A stretch of 51,714 bases of DNA from Nitrosopumilaceae archaeon (GTDB lineage: Archaea > Thermoproteota > Nitrososphaeria > Nitrososphaerales > Nitrosopumilaceae): positions 1 through 51,714 of the forward strand of contig JBHIUX010000001.1 in the NCBI GenBank assembly GCA_042138065.1. Direction: 5' to 3'. The translations under genes were made by a program, and so were the position numbers. This document shows, in pieces, positions 16,288-25,801 of this stretch (its first letter is position 1; each line of letters opens with the position of its first letter). Below the pieces are notes generated by a model. That model saw nothing but the letters and a program-made list of their open reading frames with translations, searched no databases and was not told the DNA's origin.

Positions 16288-18771
16288 ATGAAACTGCTTC
16301 TTTTCAGCATTCTAGTATTCCTCGTGGTGTTTTCTAGCATCAATTTAGCTTTTGCTGAAAAAGGCTCTAAAGTAAATGAAATTAAATTCATTCAATATCT
16401 TGATGAGAATACAGCTCTTGAAGAAGTTAGAAATGGTAATCTTGACATGTATTATTTCAGAATCTCTTCAGATAGAATTGAAAGTACAGAATCAAGAGAG
16501 GGAATTCAAATTTTTGAATCAACTGGAGGATCATATAGCATTTTAGTGAATCCAGGAGTATCAGATGAATTTAACCCATTTTCGATTCAAGAAGTTCGGT
16601 TTGCACTCAACTATCTAATCGATAGAAAATTAATTGTAAATGAATTGATGGGCGGATATGGGTCTGAAATGATTTCATATTATAGTCCTTACAATCCAGA
16701 CTACCTTTCAATCATAAGCCAACTAGAATCCTTTCATTTTAGGTATAATCCAACACTTGCTGAAAATATGATTTCTGATGCACTAGTTTCAAAAGGTGCA
16801 AAAAAAGTCGATGGCCTTTGGGTGATGAACAAAAAACCAATTGAGATAACAATATTCATCAGAAGTGATGATCCAGTAAGAAAATCAATTGGAGAATTAA
16901 TTTCATCTGAGCTTCAAAAAATTGGATTTATTGTTAACAAAGATTTTGGTGATCTAAACAAAGCTTTTGTTATTGTCTATGGTTCAAACCCTGCTGATGC
17001 CAAATGGCATCTTTACACTGAGGGATGGGCAAGCTCAGCATTTGTAAGATATGATTCTGTTGGATTAGGACAAATGTATTCACCTTGGTTCTCAAATATG
17101 CCTGGATTTAATGACCCAACATATTGGAATTATCAAAATGAAAATCTTGATTCACTTACTCAGAGAATCTATACTGGGGATTTTGAATCTGCAGAAGAGA
17201 GAACTAGCCTGATTCAACAAGCAATTGTTGAGGGATTAAATGAATCTGTTCGAATTTTTATTGCAAGCAAACTTGATCAATATGTTGTAAACGAAAATGT
17301 TGATGGCGTCATTAATGACTTTGGTGCTGGCGTGCCAAGTAGGTTTACTCCAATAAATGCTAGAAGCGATTCTGATAATTTGGTTATTGGTGTAAAACAA
17401 ATCTATCAAGGTGCTTGGAATCCTATAATGGGGTTAAGCGATAGCTATAGTAGGCATATTTGGGGCGTAATTTCTGACCCTGGTGTTTTCAAACATCCGT
17501 ACACCGGTTTGACATTTCCAGTTAGAACTTCATGGACTGTTGAAACAGCTGGGCCTGATGCAACAATGGAATTGCCGGATGATGCAATAATCTGGGATCC
17601 TTATGAACAAAAATGGAGAAATGTTGAAGCAAATGCAACGTCTACAAGTAAGGTCACATTCGATCTATCATTTGGTAATTGGCATCATGGCAAACCAATG
17701 GATATGAATGATATTTTACATTCACTTTACTTTACGATCGAATGGGGTTCTGATACTGGTGAAGATGATAAAACATTTGATACAGAATTTACTCCAAGAG
17801 CAATTCAAGTTGTTGACACAATAATTGGTGTCAAACCACTTGATGAGGACACCATCGAAGTATACGTTGATTATTGGCACTTTGATGAATCTGAAATTGC
17901 TGATTGGGCATCAATGTGGAGTGTAATGCCATGGGAATTAATTTCAGCAATGGAACAATCTGTCATTGATGGAAAGGTTTCTTTTTCTAGGTCTGGCGCA
18001 ACAAGCAAAAATGTTAACTGGCTTTCATTAATTGTTCCAAATGATGCAAAAATTATAGGGGAATATCTCTCTGATTTTAAAAATTCTAATTATATTCCAC
18101 CTGCCTTGAAATCTTTTGAATCAAACCAAAATTACTTTGAATCACGTTATGATGCATCCATAAACTGGATACAAGAAAATAATCATGCAATTATTAGCAA
18201 TGGTCCATTTCTTCTAGATAGTTATTCTCCAGAATCTAGAACCATAACCATCACTGCTTTTGATGATCCTTCATATCCATTGGATTCAGGAGCATGGTCT
18301 GAATTTGAAACAGTTCAATTTCCACAAATTGAGAGTGTAGAATTGCCTGAACTAGTAATAAAAGGAGAAGATCTCTCGATTCCAATTCAAACCAAAGACA
18401 CAACCAGAATCCAATACTTTTTGACAAATTCAGAAGGTGACATAGTAGAATCTGGAGTTGAACAAATTACTGGAAAACAAACCACCCTCACTCTATCAAA
18501 AGAAAAAACAGGTCAGTTTTTGATTGGTGCAAATGATTTGAAAGTATTTGCAATGTCTGATAATGTTCTAAGACCTGATATCTATAGAACTAGTTTTCTA
18601 GTGGTTGAGAATCCATCACAAGAATTGCCAACGCCTGTCATTTCTGATACTCGTCCAAGTGTTATATCCACAAATAATTATGGATATTTGATAATTATTG
18701 GTGGTGCTATAGGAATTGGAATACTTTTGTATGTAAAAAATAAATTAAATTCTAAAAAAATTATAAAGTAA
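16288..18771 (+). CDS. ABC transporter substrate-binding protein, family 5 (peptide/nickel type), with C-terminal extension and TM anchor
   Basis: Signal peptide, then an SBP_bac_5-like core (NPFSIQEVRFALNYLIDRKLIVNELMGGYG). An extra ~170-aa C-terminal region ends in NNYGYLIIIGGAIGIGILLYVKNKLNSKK. Confidence 0.8.
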   Translation: MKLLLFSILVFLVVFSSINLAFAEKGSKVNEIKFIQYLDENTALEEVRNGNLDMYYFRISSDRIESTESREGIQIFESTGGSYSILVNPGVSDEFNPFSIQEVRFALNYLIDRKLIVNELMGGYGSEMISYYSPYNPDYLSIISQLESFHFRYNPTLAENMISDALVSKGAKKVDGLWVMNKKPIEITIFIRSDDPVRKSIGELISSELQKIGFIVNKDFGDLNKAFVIVYGSNPADAKWHLYTEGWASSAFVRYDSVGLGQMYSPWFSNMPGFNDPTYWNYQNENLDSLTQRIYTGDFESAEERTSLIQQAIVEGLNESVRIFIASKLDQYVVNENVDGVINDFGAGVPSRFTPINARSDSDNLVIGVKQIYQGAWNPIMGLSDSYSRHIWGVISDPGVFKHPYTGLTFPVRTSWTVETAGPDATMELPDDAIIWDPYEQKWRNVEANATSTSKVTFDLSFGNWHHGKPMDMNDILHSLYFTIEWGSDTGEDDKTFDTEFTPRAIQVVDTIIGVKPLDEDTIEVYVDYWHFDESEIADWASMWSVMPWELISAMEQSVIDGKVSFSRSGATSKNVNWLSLIVPNDAKIIGEYLSDFKNSNYIPPALKSFESNQNYFESRYDASINWIQENNHAIISNGPFLLDSYSPESRTITITAFDDPSYPLDSGAWSEFETVQFPQIESVELPELVIKGEDLSIPIQTKDTTRIQYFLTNSEGDIVESGVEQITGKQTTLTLSKEKTGQFLIGANDLKVFAMSDNVLRPDIYRTSFLVVENPSQELPTPVISDTRPSVISTNNYGYLIIIGGAIGIGILLYVKNKLNSKKIIK

Positions 18772-18775
18772 AGAA

Positions 18776-19402
18776 CTATTTTGTTCCAATAATAAATAGA
18801 GTTCCATACTCTCTTTTCCATTTTTTTCTACTTTTAGAATCTTTAATCTGCTTGGTTTTTGTTTTAAAACCATGTTTTTTGAATAATTCTCTCCATTCTT
18901 TTTTTGATCGTAAATGCATTTCAAGTTTCATTTGTTTTGACCATCCTGATGTTGCCTTGTTATCTTTGTAAAAATCTGTGCCACAAAAAAACTGTCCGCC
19001 TTTTTTTAAAAGTTTAAAAATTTTTACTAAAGCTAAATCTAAAGATTCTGAATAATAAATTGCCTCCATAGAAAAAACATAATCAAATCTTCCTTTATAG
19101 TTCCAATTTTGTATATCTGCCTGAAAAAATCTTTCTTTGGAAAATTTTTTCTTTGCTTTTGCATTTTTTATCATGTTTTTACTTTTATCAATCCCAATAG
19201 CTTTTTTACATAATTTTATTTCTGCAATTTTTCTAACTACCCAACCATTTCCACAACCAACATCAAGAAATGAAAATGGTTTGACAAAAGAAATTGAATC
19301 TAAAAACTTTTGAACCGATTTTGCATGTTCATGTTCCATTAATTCATCTCTTCCAATTATTGCCCATTTGTCAAATGTTTTTTTTACTTTATCCATGGTC
19401 AA
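18776..19402 (-). CDS. Class I SAM-dependent methyltransferase
   Basis: Motif I FLDVGCGNGWVV, with post-I and II regions. 208 aa. Confidence 0.8.
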   Translation of the reverse strand: MTMDKVKKTFDKWAIIGRDELMEHEHAKSVQKFLDSISFVKPFSFLDVGCGNGWVVRKIAEIKLCKKAIGIDKSKNMIKNAKAKKKFSKERFFQADIQNWNYKGRFDYVFSMEAIYYSESLDLALVKIFKLLKKGGQFFCGTDFYKDNKATSGWSKQMKLEMHLRSKKEWRELFKKHGFKTKTKQIKDSKSRKKWKREYGTLFIIGTK

Positions 19403-19520
19403 TTTTTCTCTACCTTTCTTACGGTGTAACAGGGTATGGGATCGTTTTCACTGATCATTGAGTAGAACAATTTCTACGTTTACCTTATATTCAGATTTTT
19501 AAAAATCATGTTGAAAAGAA

Positions 19521-19739
19521 ATGCCTGATGAATCATGCAGAAAATGTGGTGGAGTGTTAGTAGAGTGTACACAATGTGCTGAATGTAAAGAAACCATTAG
19601 TATGATTTGCAAAAATTGTGGGGCAAGAACCATGGAACAATTTCATGATTATTGTATGTTCGGTGCAAGCAATGTTCACGACTATGGTTTGGAAAATAAT
19701 CAAGATAGTGAATATGTTCATGTTTCTGCATTTGCTTGA
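19521..19739 (+). CDS. Small multi-CxxC zinc-binding protein
   Basis: 72 aa containing CRKC, CTQCAEC and CKNC. Confidence 0.4.
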   Translation: MPDESCRKCGGVLVECTQCAECKETISMICKNCGARTMEQFHDYCMFGASNVHDYGLENNQDSEYVHVSAFA

Positions 19740-19829
19740 ATTTTAGACAAAAAATCGTTCCAAGTTAAAAGAAAATTCGGATCCTTACTACCTAATCCTT
19801 AAGTATAGATTCACAAGATCGATATCCTT

Positions 19830-22823
19830 GTGAATAGGCCGATTACAGTCATAGCATTTGCTATTATTTTGCTAGTACCTATTACTGCATTTGGCCAAGC
19901 ATCAGATAGAATCTCTTTATTGGATAATTTTGGTACTTTTGAGAAAGGAGAAAGTATCTTTGTTTTTGGCAGTCTTGCAAATGTTTTACCTGATGCCTTT
20001 CTTATTATGCAAATTATCAACCCAGAAGGAGATTTGTGCCAGATACAACAATTAATTCCATTATCCAATGGTCTGTTTGTCACAGAATCCATCCCTCTCA
20101 AAGGAAAAGTTTGCGCCATTACTGGAGAATATGAAATAAGAATATTTTATGGTGAATATTCAACAGAGTCTACTTTTACGGTATCTAATTCAATTTATGC
20201 TGAACCCACAGGTTCAGAATATTTTGAATTAGCCACACTGTTAGTTTCTGATAAAATTAATTCTATTGAAGAAAAAACTGGTGAAACATTGGATGATTTT
20301 TCATCAAAACTACAAAGTATTTCCACAAGTGTTTCTGGAAACACAATTCTTGAATTAGAAGAACTTTATGTTGATTTATGGGATTCTTATTTTATTGAAG
20401 ATGACCTTTTTGACATTGAACCATCATTTAGAGTTTCAGTAACTTCTGCTTTGGATTCCACTTCTAAACTAGTTGAAGATGGAAAAATTTCATTTGATAT
20501 GGCACAATCAATTGATAAAGAAATTTTTTCATCAATATTTTATTATGAAATTCGTGATACAAACACTGCTATAAACAAATTAAATGATGTTTTTGTTTCA
20601 CTGACAAACGTTGATCCAATAAAAATTGAAGCACACAAGGCTCTTTCTTTTCAAGAATTAGAAGAGACATTACTAAACCTAATGACAAAGAATTTTTCAT
20701 TAATGAGTAGAGATGTTAAAGAGGAACTTGCATTTATTTTTGCACGTGGAACAGGACCAGTATATTCAGCTCAATTAAATGATCTTGTAGAAATGCTTTC
20801 TCAATCAAGATATCTTGATGTAATTTCTAGAAAGAATAATCCTTTGTTCAACTTAGTCCAAATTGAATGGGAATCAACGAAATCCTCGATCAAAAATGAA
20901 ACCACTATGGATGACTTACTTGAGCATAAAGATAAGGTAGCCGAACTACACGAGGCTGCATTACTACTCAGAGAATTAGAAGATGTTGACCGATTCATAA
21001 CCTCAGATTCGGAAAATAATTCTGAGCTTGCAAATCTAATCAAACCTTCATGGGATGATCTTGCTTCCGATTTAGAATTGGCAACATCAGTTGAAGACAT
21101 TTTGGAATCCGAATTAGAAATTCATAATATGAAAAGAGTAATTGATGCATCATCTAGAATTTCAAAAGCAGTTGAAATTTCTAAAAGTACTAACATTGAT
21201 TCTGAATTAGTTGATGGTTGGGAAACCCTTTTGCTTCAAGTTGAAGATGCATCATCATTTGAAGAAATTCTAGAAATTGTTTCAGAATTTAATGCATCAA
21301 TGATTGAATTAAGAGAAAAACGAAGCCCAATATCTGTTTTAAAATTTGAATATGAAACAATGAAAAAGAAAGCAGAAATTCAGGCCGATTACAAAAATCT
21401 ATTTACTATAAACAATGCTTTGAAAATTTTAGACACAGCTGAGCAAATGGAATCTGGAAATCCTTCTGTTAGCAGAATCGATAGAATCGAAGTTCTATTG
21501 GCATGGGCCAGTGACATTGCTCCTCAAATACAGGATGATTTGAATTCTTATGCAGAAGATGCATACAAAGTTAGAGCAAGTGATATCTTACAAAGAGCAA
21601 AGTCCATTGAAAATTTAATTGAATTAGGTTTAGTCAACAACAGATTCCTACCAGGTTATGAGGATTTTACTATAGATATGATGGATAGAGTTAACGAAGC
21701 AAGAAATCTTGTTGTGCAAAATGATCTTGATGCAGCTGATGAAATGATACGTGACCTGTTCTCAGAATGGAAACAAGTTTCATCTGCATATGCTGATGAC
21801 CCCTTAGGATCTGAGGTAGGGTATAGTGCTGATGAACTAAAACGGATTGAATATAGGAAACAATTAGATTATCTTACTGCTACTGTATCAAACTTTTACA
21901 ATGTAGATTTTGCTTCACACTCAGAGAATTTTATTGAAATGACTGATGATGCATCTGAGCTTATTGATATTGGAAATTTCATAGATGCTGAATCAAAGAT
22001 AAGTGAGATACGACATTATTTGGATGAGCATCTCCCACTACAAAATGATAATATCATTTTCGATATCAGTTATGACTTGGAAAATGATATTTGGGTTCTT
22101 GAAGGATTTGTAAACAAACCTGATGGTCTTAGGAAAAAAGACATGAGGCAGGATTTGTACGTGACAGTTTATGAGGCAACAGGTGATATTCACAGCAATC
22201 TAAAATTTACTGATACAAAACATGGTAAGTTCTTTACTCAATGGCATGCGCCAACTGAACCAGGACTCTATGTAGTAATGCTACAATACATGGATCATGA
22301 GGCAACACAGCTCATTAACATTGAAGAAAAAGTTGTTAGGGAATACGATGTAAGAGAACTCTACAGAGTAGAGTTAGCAAGAGAGTTTGATGATCTAGAA
22401 ACATTTCTTGAAAAATTTGGTGGTGAAAAATACCTAGATGACCCAAGATTTGATTCTGTTCTAAATGATATTAAAACTGCATTAGCAGATAGAAATACAG
22501 AAAAAACGAATGAAAAGTTAGATGAGCTTCAGAACCTAATTGAAAGATACCTTCCAACAAGATCAAAATCTGCAGTCATCAAAGCAGAATATTCTGATAA
22601 CGGTGTCGTAATATCTGGTCAAGTAATAAAATCGCTTTCATTTGGTGAGGATTTGTATGTCGATATTTTTGATCATCGTGGAAACCATATCGAAGAACTA
22701 TCATTTGAATATGGTTCTGGACACTTTAACCAAGTTTTATCAAAGTCACTTGAACCAGGATTTTATGTAGCACAATTAGAATATCATGATCTTATTGTAA
22801 ACGATTTCTTTACTGTGTACTAG
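19830..22823 (+). CDS. Large secreted protein: N-terminal beta-sandwich-like module, ~600-aa acidic helical region, two C-terminal modules
   Basis: 997 aa, GTG start, signal peptide ITVIAFAIILLVPITAFGQA. The three modules are FEKGESIFVFGSL...GEYEIRIFYGEYSTESTFTV, DLYVTVYEATGD...PGLYVVMLQYMDHEATQLINI and EDLYVDIFDHRGN...PGFYVAQLEYHDLIVNDFFTVY. Confidence 0.6.
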   Translation: MNRPITVIAFAIILLVPITAFGQASDRISLLDNFGTFEKGESIFVFGSLANVLPDAFLIMQIINPEGDLCQIQQLIPLSNGLFVTESIPLKGKVCAITGEYEIRIFYGEYSTESTFTVSNSIYAEPTGSEYFELATLLVSDKINSIEEKTGETLDDFSSKLQSISTSVSGNTILELEELYVDLWDSYFIEDDLFDIEPSFRVSVTSALDSTSKLVEDGKISFDMAQSIDKEIFSSIFYYEIRDTNTAINKLNDVFVSLTNVDPIKIEAHKALSFQELEETLLNLMTKNFSLMSRDVKEELAFIFARGTGPVYSAQLNDLVEMLSQSRYLDVISRKNNPLFNLVQIEWESTKSSIKNETTMDDLLEHKDKVAELHEAALLLRELEDVDRFITSDSENNSELANLIKPSWDDLASDLELATSVEDILESELEIHNMKRVIDASSRISKAVEISKSTNIDSELVDGWETLLLQVEDASSFEEILEIVSEFNASMIELREKRSPISVLKFEYETMKKKAEIQADYKNLFTINNALKILDTAEQMESGNPSVSRIDRIEVLLAWASDIAPQIQDDLNSYAEDAYKVRASDILQRAKSIENLIELGLVNNRFLPGYEDFTIDMMDRVNEARNLVVQNDLDAADEMIRDLFSEWKQVSSAYADDPLGSEVGYSADELKRIEYRKQLDYLTATVSNFYNVDFASHSENFIEMTDDASELIDIGNFIDAESKISEIRHYLDEHLPLQNDNIIFDISYDLENDIWVLEGFVNKPDGLRKKDMRQDLYVTVYEATGDIHSNLKFTDTKHGKFFTQWHAPTEPGLYVVMLQYMDHEATQLINIEEKVVREYDVRELYRVELAREFDDLETFLEKFGGEKYLDDPRFDSVLNDIKTALADRNTEKTNEKLDELQNLIERYLPTRSKSAVIKAEYSDNGVVISGQVIKSLSFGEDLYVDIFDHRGNHIEELSFEYGSGHFNQVLSKSLEPGFYVAQLEYHDLIVNDFFTVY

Positions 22824-24044
22824 TTATTTTTTTGATACACCTTTGACTAAATTAAACAACTGACGAACAGCTAATTTTGGATGGTGTGTTGCTAATTTTA
22901 CAATACTACCTAATCCAAAATCTGCTTTAATAAAATCTAAAAATTCATCAGCGCTTAATTCACTAATGATGTCTAACTCTTTATCCCACTCTTCATCTGA
23001 TAGCCCTAGCCATCTAGTTTGAACTTTAGATGCTGAATTTATCTTTGACTGAATTGCATCTTTCCAAATCTCTTCGTATTTTTTTAAAGATTTTTCAGAT
23101 GTATCGCCAGATTTTACTGCATTAGAAGCAACTTCTCCTGCTATCCTTCCATATCGAATTGCATACCTTATTCCTTCTAATACTAGAGGATTCGCCTGGC
23201 CTGCAGAATCTCCTACTAAAATCAAATTATCATAAACAGTTTTTCTTGATAATCCTTCATTAGGAATCAGTCCATAATGAAATTCTAATTTTGTAATTGC
23301 GCCTAGTTCTTTGATTGGCCCCAATTTTTTTTCAATAATTTGGTTTAGTCTTTCAGTTGGATCAATTCCTGACTCAGGTTTTCCAACCCCTACTCCAACC
23401 CTAACTATTTTTTCACTTACTGGAAATATCCATGCATATCCTGCCGGTGAATATTCTTGGCCTACCATGAGCCACCATGTATCTGAATCAACATTTTCTG
23501 CATTCGCTTCAATTTCTGCACCTACTCCAAATCTTTTCCACTGTTTCACCAATCCTAATAATTTTGCAATAACTGATTGAAAACCACTAGCATCAATCAC
23601 AATTTTTGCATTAAAAATTATTTCTTGATCTAATTTCATTGCTTTTACTGCAGAAATTTCTCCATCATCATTTTTGATCACATCAATAACATTTGTTTGA
23701 ACAAACAAATCAACTCCTTCACTTTCAGCTTTTTTTGCTAACCACCGATATGTTTCTCTTACATCTAAAACAACAGCTCTTGGAATTTTATCTTTTATCA
23801 TAACTTTATTGTTTGGTGAACAAAAACCATAATTTTTGATTGAGTTGTAGCAGTTTTTTGGAATTTCAAATTCTTTAATGGTGTCAAGCCATGTTACTCC
23901 ACTGGTTCTTACAGTCTGTGCAATTGTTTCCTCTTTTTCAATTAATGCTACTTTGACACCATTTTTGGCAGCAGAGAATGCTGCTGAAGATCCTGCTGGA
24001 CCACCGCCTACTACAACAATATCATAATCAAATGTTTGAGTCAA
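22824..24044 (-). CDS. Geranylgeranyl reductase family flavoprotein (likely digeranylgeranylglycerophospholipid reductase)
   Basis: YDIVVVGGGPAGSSAAFSAAKNG FAD-binding motif, LVGDSAG motif, 406 aa. Confidence 0.85.
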   Translation of the reverse strand: MTQTFDYDIVVVGGGPAGSSAAFSAAKNGVKVALIEKEETIAQTVRTSGVTWLDTIKEFEIPKNCYNSIKNYGFCSPNNKVMIKDKIPRAVVLDVRETYRWLAKKAESEGVDLFVQTNVIDVIKNDDGEISAVKAMKLDQEIIFNAKIVIDASGFQSVIAKLLGLVKQWKRFGVGAEIEANAENVDSDTWWLMVGQEYSPAGYAWIFPVSEKIVRVGVGVGKPESGIDPTERLNQIIEKKLGPIKELGAITKLEFHYGLIPNEGLSRKTVYDNLILVGDSAGQANPLVLEGIRYAIRYGRIAGEVASNAVKSGDTSEKSLKKYEEIWKDAIQSKINSASKVQTRWLGLSDEEWDKELDIISELSADEFLDFIKADFGLGSIVKLATHHPKLAVRQLFNLVKGVSKK

Positions 24045-24078
24045 CTTTTGAAAATATCATTCTTTTGAAAATCTTAGT

Positions 24079-24306
24079 TTACTTTTTTAGAACTGGTTTA
24101 CCAGAAAGGTCATTTTCTCGTTCTGAATCAAACGTACCTTGATGAGAACTATCCCTATGCATATAACTATGAATTTCACCCTCTTGCTTTCTACAAAATT
24201 TCTTATGAATCGCCTCTTCAATTTTTAATGTGGTTTCATTTTCATGAAAGAGCCGTTTACCACATTCTTGGCAGATGATTTCAGGCATAAATTTCGTCAG
24301 TTTCAA
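24079..24306 (-). CDS. Small hypothetical protein with a Cys/His cluster
   Basis: 75-aa track ORF with a TTG start. ATG at MPEIICQECGKRLFHEN... is the likelier start. Confidence 0.3.
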   Translation of the reverse strand: MKLTKFMPEIICQECGKRLFHENETTLKIEEAIHKKFCRKQEGEIHSYMHRDSSHQGTFDSERENDLSGKPVLKK

Positions 24307-24445
24307 ATGTATTTAGATGTTTAACTTTAGAAAATAATAGTGGCTGAATCTGATCTTGTCCCATTTACTTTTTGGTCCGTATTGACCGGCGTAATAATAG
24401 TAGTTTCTGGTTTAAGCTACATGGCTTTTCTGAGGAGAAGAAAAA

Positions 24446-25015
24446 ATGAGAAACCTTCGGCTTGAAAAAAAAGGTTTGAGAGGACTTGCCATAGCGGAGA
24501 GCTTTAAACAAGATTCTGAAAAATCGATTCTTGCAGGAGTAGTTATGCGTAGGGATTTTGTTATTGATGGTTTTATTTTTGGTAATGCCACAATATCTGG
24601 AAGTGATGCAACCGATGAAATTATTAAAATGCATGAAAAACTTGGCCGACCTGATATAAGCTACGTATTGATTTCTGGAATTATAATCTCAATGTACAAC
24701 ATGGTTGATATTAAAAAAATTTATGAAAAATTACAGATTCCAGTAATTGGAGTTACATACCAAGATTCTCCGGGAATTGAAGAAGCTATTAAACATCACT
24801 TTCCTGATTCCTGGCAAGAAAAAATTAATGAATACAAAAAACTTGGGGACAGAGAAAAGATTAGTCTTAAAACATCTTTTGATATTTTTGTTAGAAAAGA
24901 AGGTTGTGAATTATCAGATGTAAGACACCTTCTTAATGATCTTACTCTGCAAGGTGCGTTGCCTGAACCTCTTCGAATTGCACAACTACTTGCAAAAACT
25001 CTACTTAATGATTAG
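24446..25015 (+). CDS. DUF99 / UPF0215 family protein
   Basis: LRGLAIAESFKQDS...LAGVVMRRDFVIDGFIFGNATISGSDATDEIIKM. 189 aa, typical of the archaeal UPF0215 family. Confidence 0.65.
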   Translation: MRNLRLEKKGLRGLAIAESFKQDSEKSILAGVVMRRDFVIDGFIFGNATISGSDATDEIIKMHEKLGRPDISYVLISGIIISMYNMVDIKKIYEKLQIPVIGVTYQDSPGIEEAIKHHFPDSWQEKINEYKKLGDREKISLKTSFDIFVRKEGCELSDVRHLLNDLTLQGALPEPLRIAQLLAKTLLND

Positions 25016-25773
25016 GCTTCCGAAGCAGATTTTCCACCATCTACATCAAGAATTGTTCCAGTAATCCAATTTGCTTCATCTGATGCCATAAACAAAACTG
25101 CATTGGCAACATCAACTGGCTCACCTACTCTGTTTAACGGTAGTCTATCTTCAAGTACCTTTCTTGCATTAGGATCCTCAAGATATGGTTTAATCATTCC
25201 AGAATTAATTATTCCAGGATTAATACAATTGCAACGAATATTTCTCCTTGCGTATTCTACTGCAATTGCTTTTGTAAACATACTTACTGCAGCCTTTGTT
25301 GCTGAATAAACTGCCAAGTGCACTCTAGGTATTGCTCTTTCACTAGAAATTGAACCAATGTTGATGATTACTCCACTTTTTACCTCACTCATTTTATTGA
25401 GAACGGCTTTTGTGGGCTTGAAAACTCCGTGAACATTTACATCAATCATTTTTTTAATTTCAGTATCTGGCATTTCATGAAAGTGTATGGGATCATTTAG
25501 TGCGCCTGCCCCATTTACCAAAATGTCAATCTTTCCATATTTGTCCATGACTTGATCAACTGTTTGAAAAATTTGCGCCTCATCGGTAATATCACAAGTC
25601 ATTGAAACTGTTTTTTCCTCATTGCCAGATTTTTTCCTAACTTTTTCTAAGGATTCTAGTTTCCTTCCTAAAAGAACAACATTTGCTCCTTCTTCTACAA
25701 ATCGTTTTACGATGCTGGCCCCTATATCGCTTGATGCCCCAGTTACAATTGCAACTTTGTCTTGAAGCCGCAT
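25012..25773 (-). CDS. Short-chain dehydrogenase/reductase (SDR, FabG-like)
   Basis: [11 protein letters not shown] (TGxxxGxG), NGAG, and the catalytic YSATKAAV (YxxxK). 253 aa. Confidence 0.9.
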   Translation of the reverse strand: MRLQDKVAIVTGASSDIGASIVKRFVEEGANVVLLGRKLESLEKVRKKSGNEEKTVSMTCDITDEAQIFQTVDQVMDKYGKIDILVNGAGALNDPIHFHEMPDTEIKKMIDVNVHGVFKPTKAVLNKMSEVKSGVIINIGSISSERAIPRVHLAVYSATKAAVSMFTKAIAVEYARRNIRCNCINPGIINSGMIKPYLEDPNARKVLEDRLPLNRVGEPVDVANAVLFMASDEANWITGTILDVDGGKSASEA

Positions 25774-25801
25774 TATTTTATGCAGAACCTCTTGTCTTAA
25801 A

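Noticed and set aside
24340-24634. Track ORF 24365..24634 (minus strand) and a possible 41-aa GTG-initiated single-TM ORF on the plus strand (24340..24465: AESDLVPFTFWSVLTGVIIVVSGLSYMAFLRRRKNEKPSA)
   Set aside because: The minus-strand ORF is antisense to the DUF99 gene start and looks like noise. The small plus-strand ORF is hydrophobic-helix-like but has a GTG start, overlaps the DUF99 start by 20 nt and has no other support. That is too weak to list as a feature.
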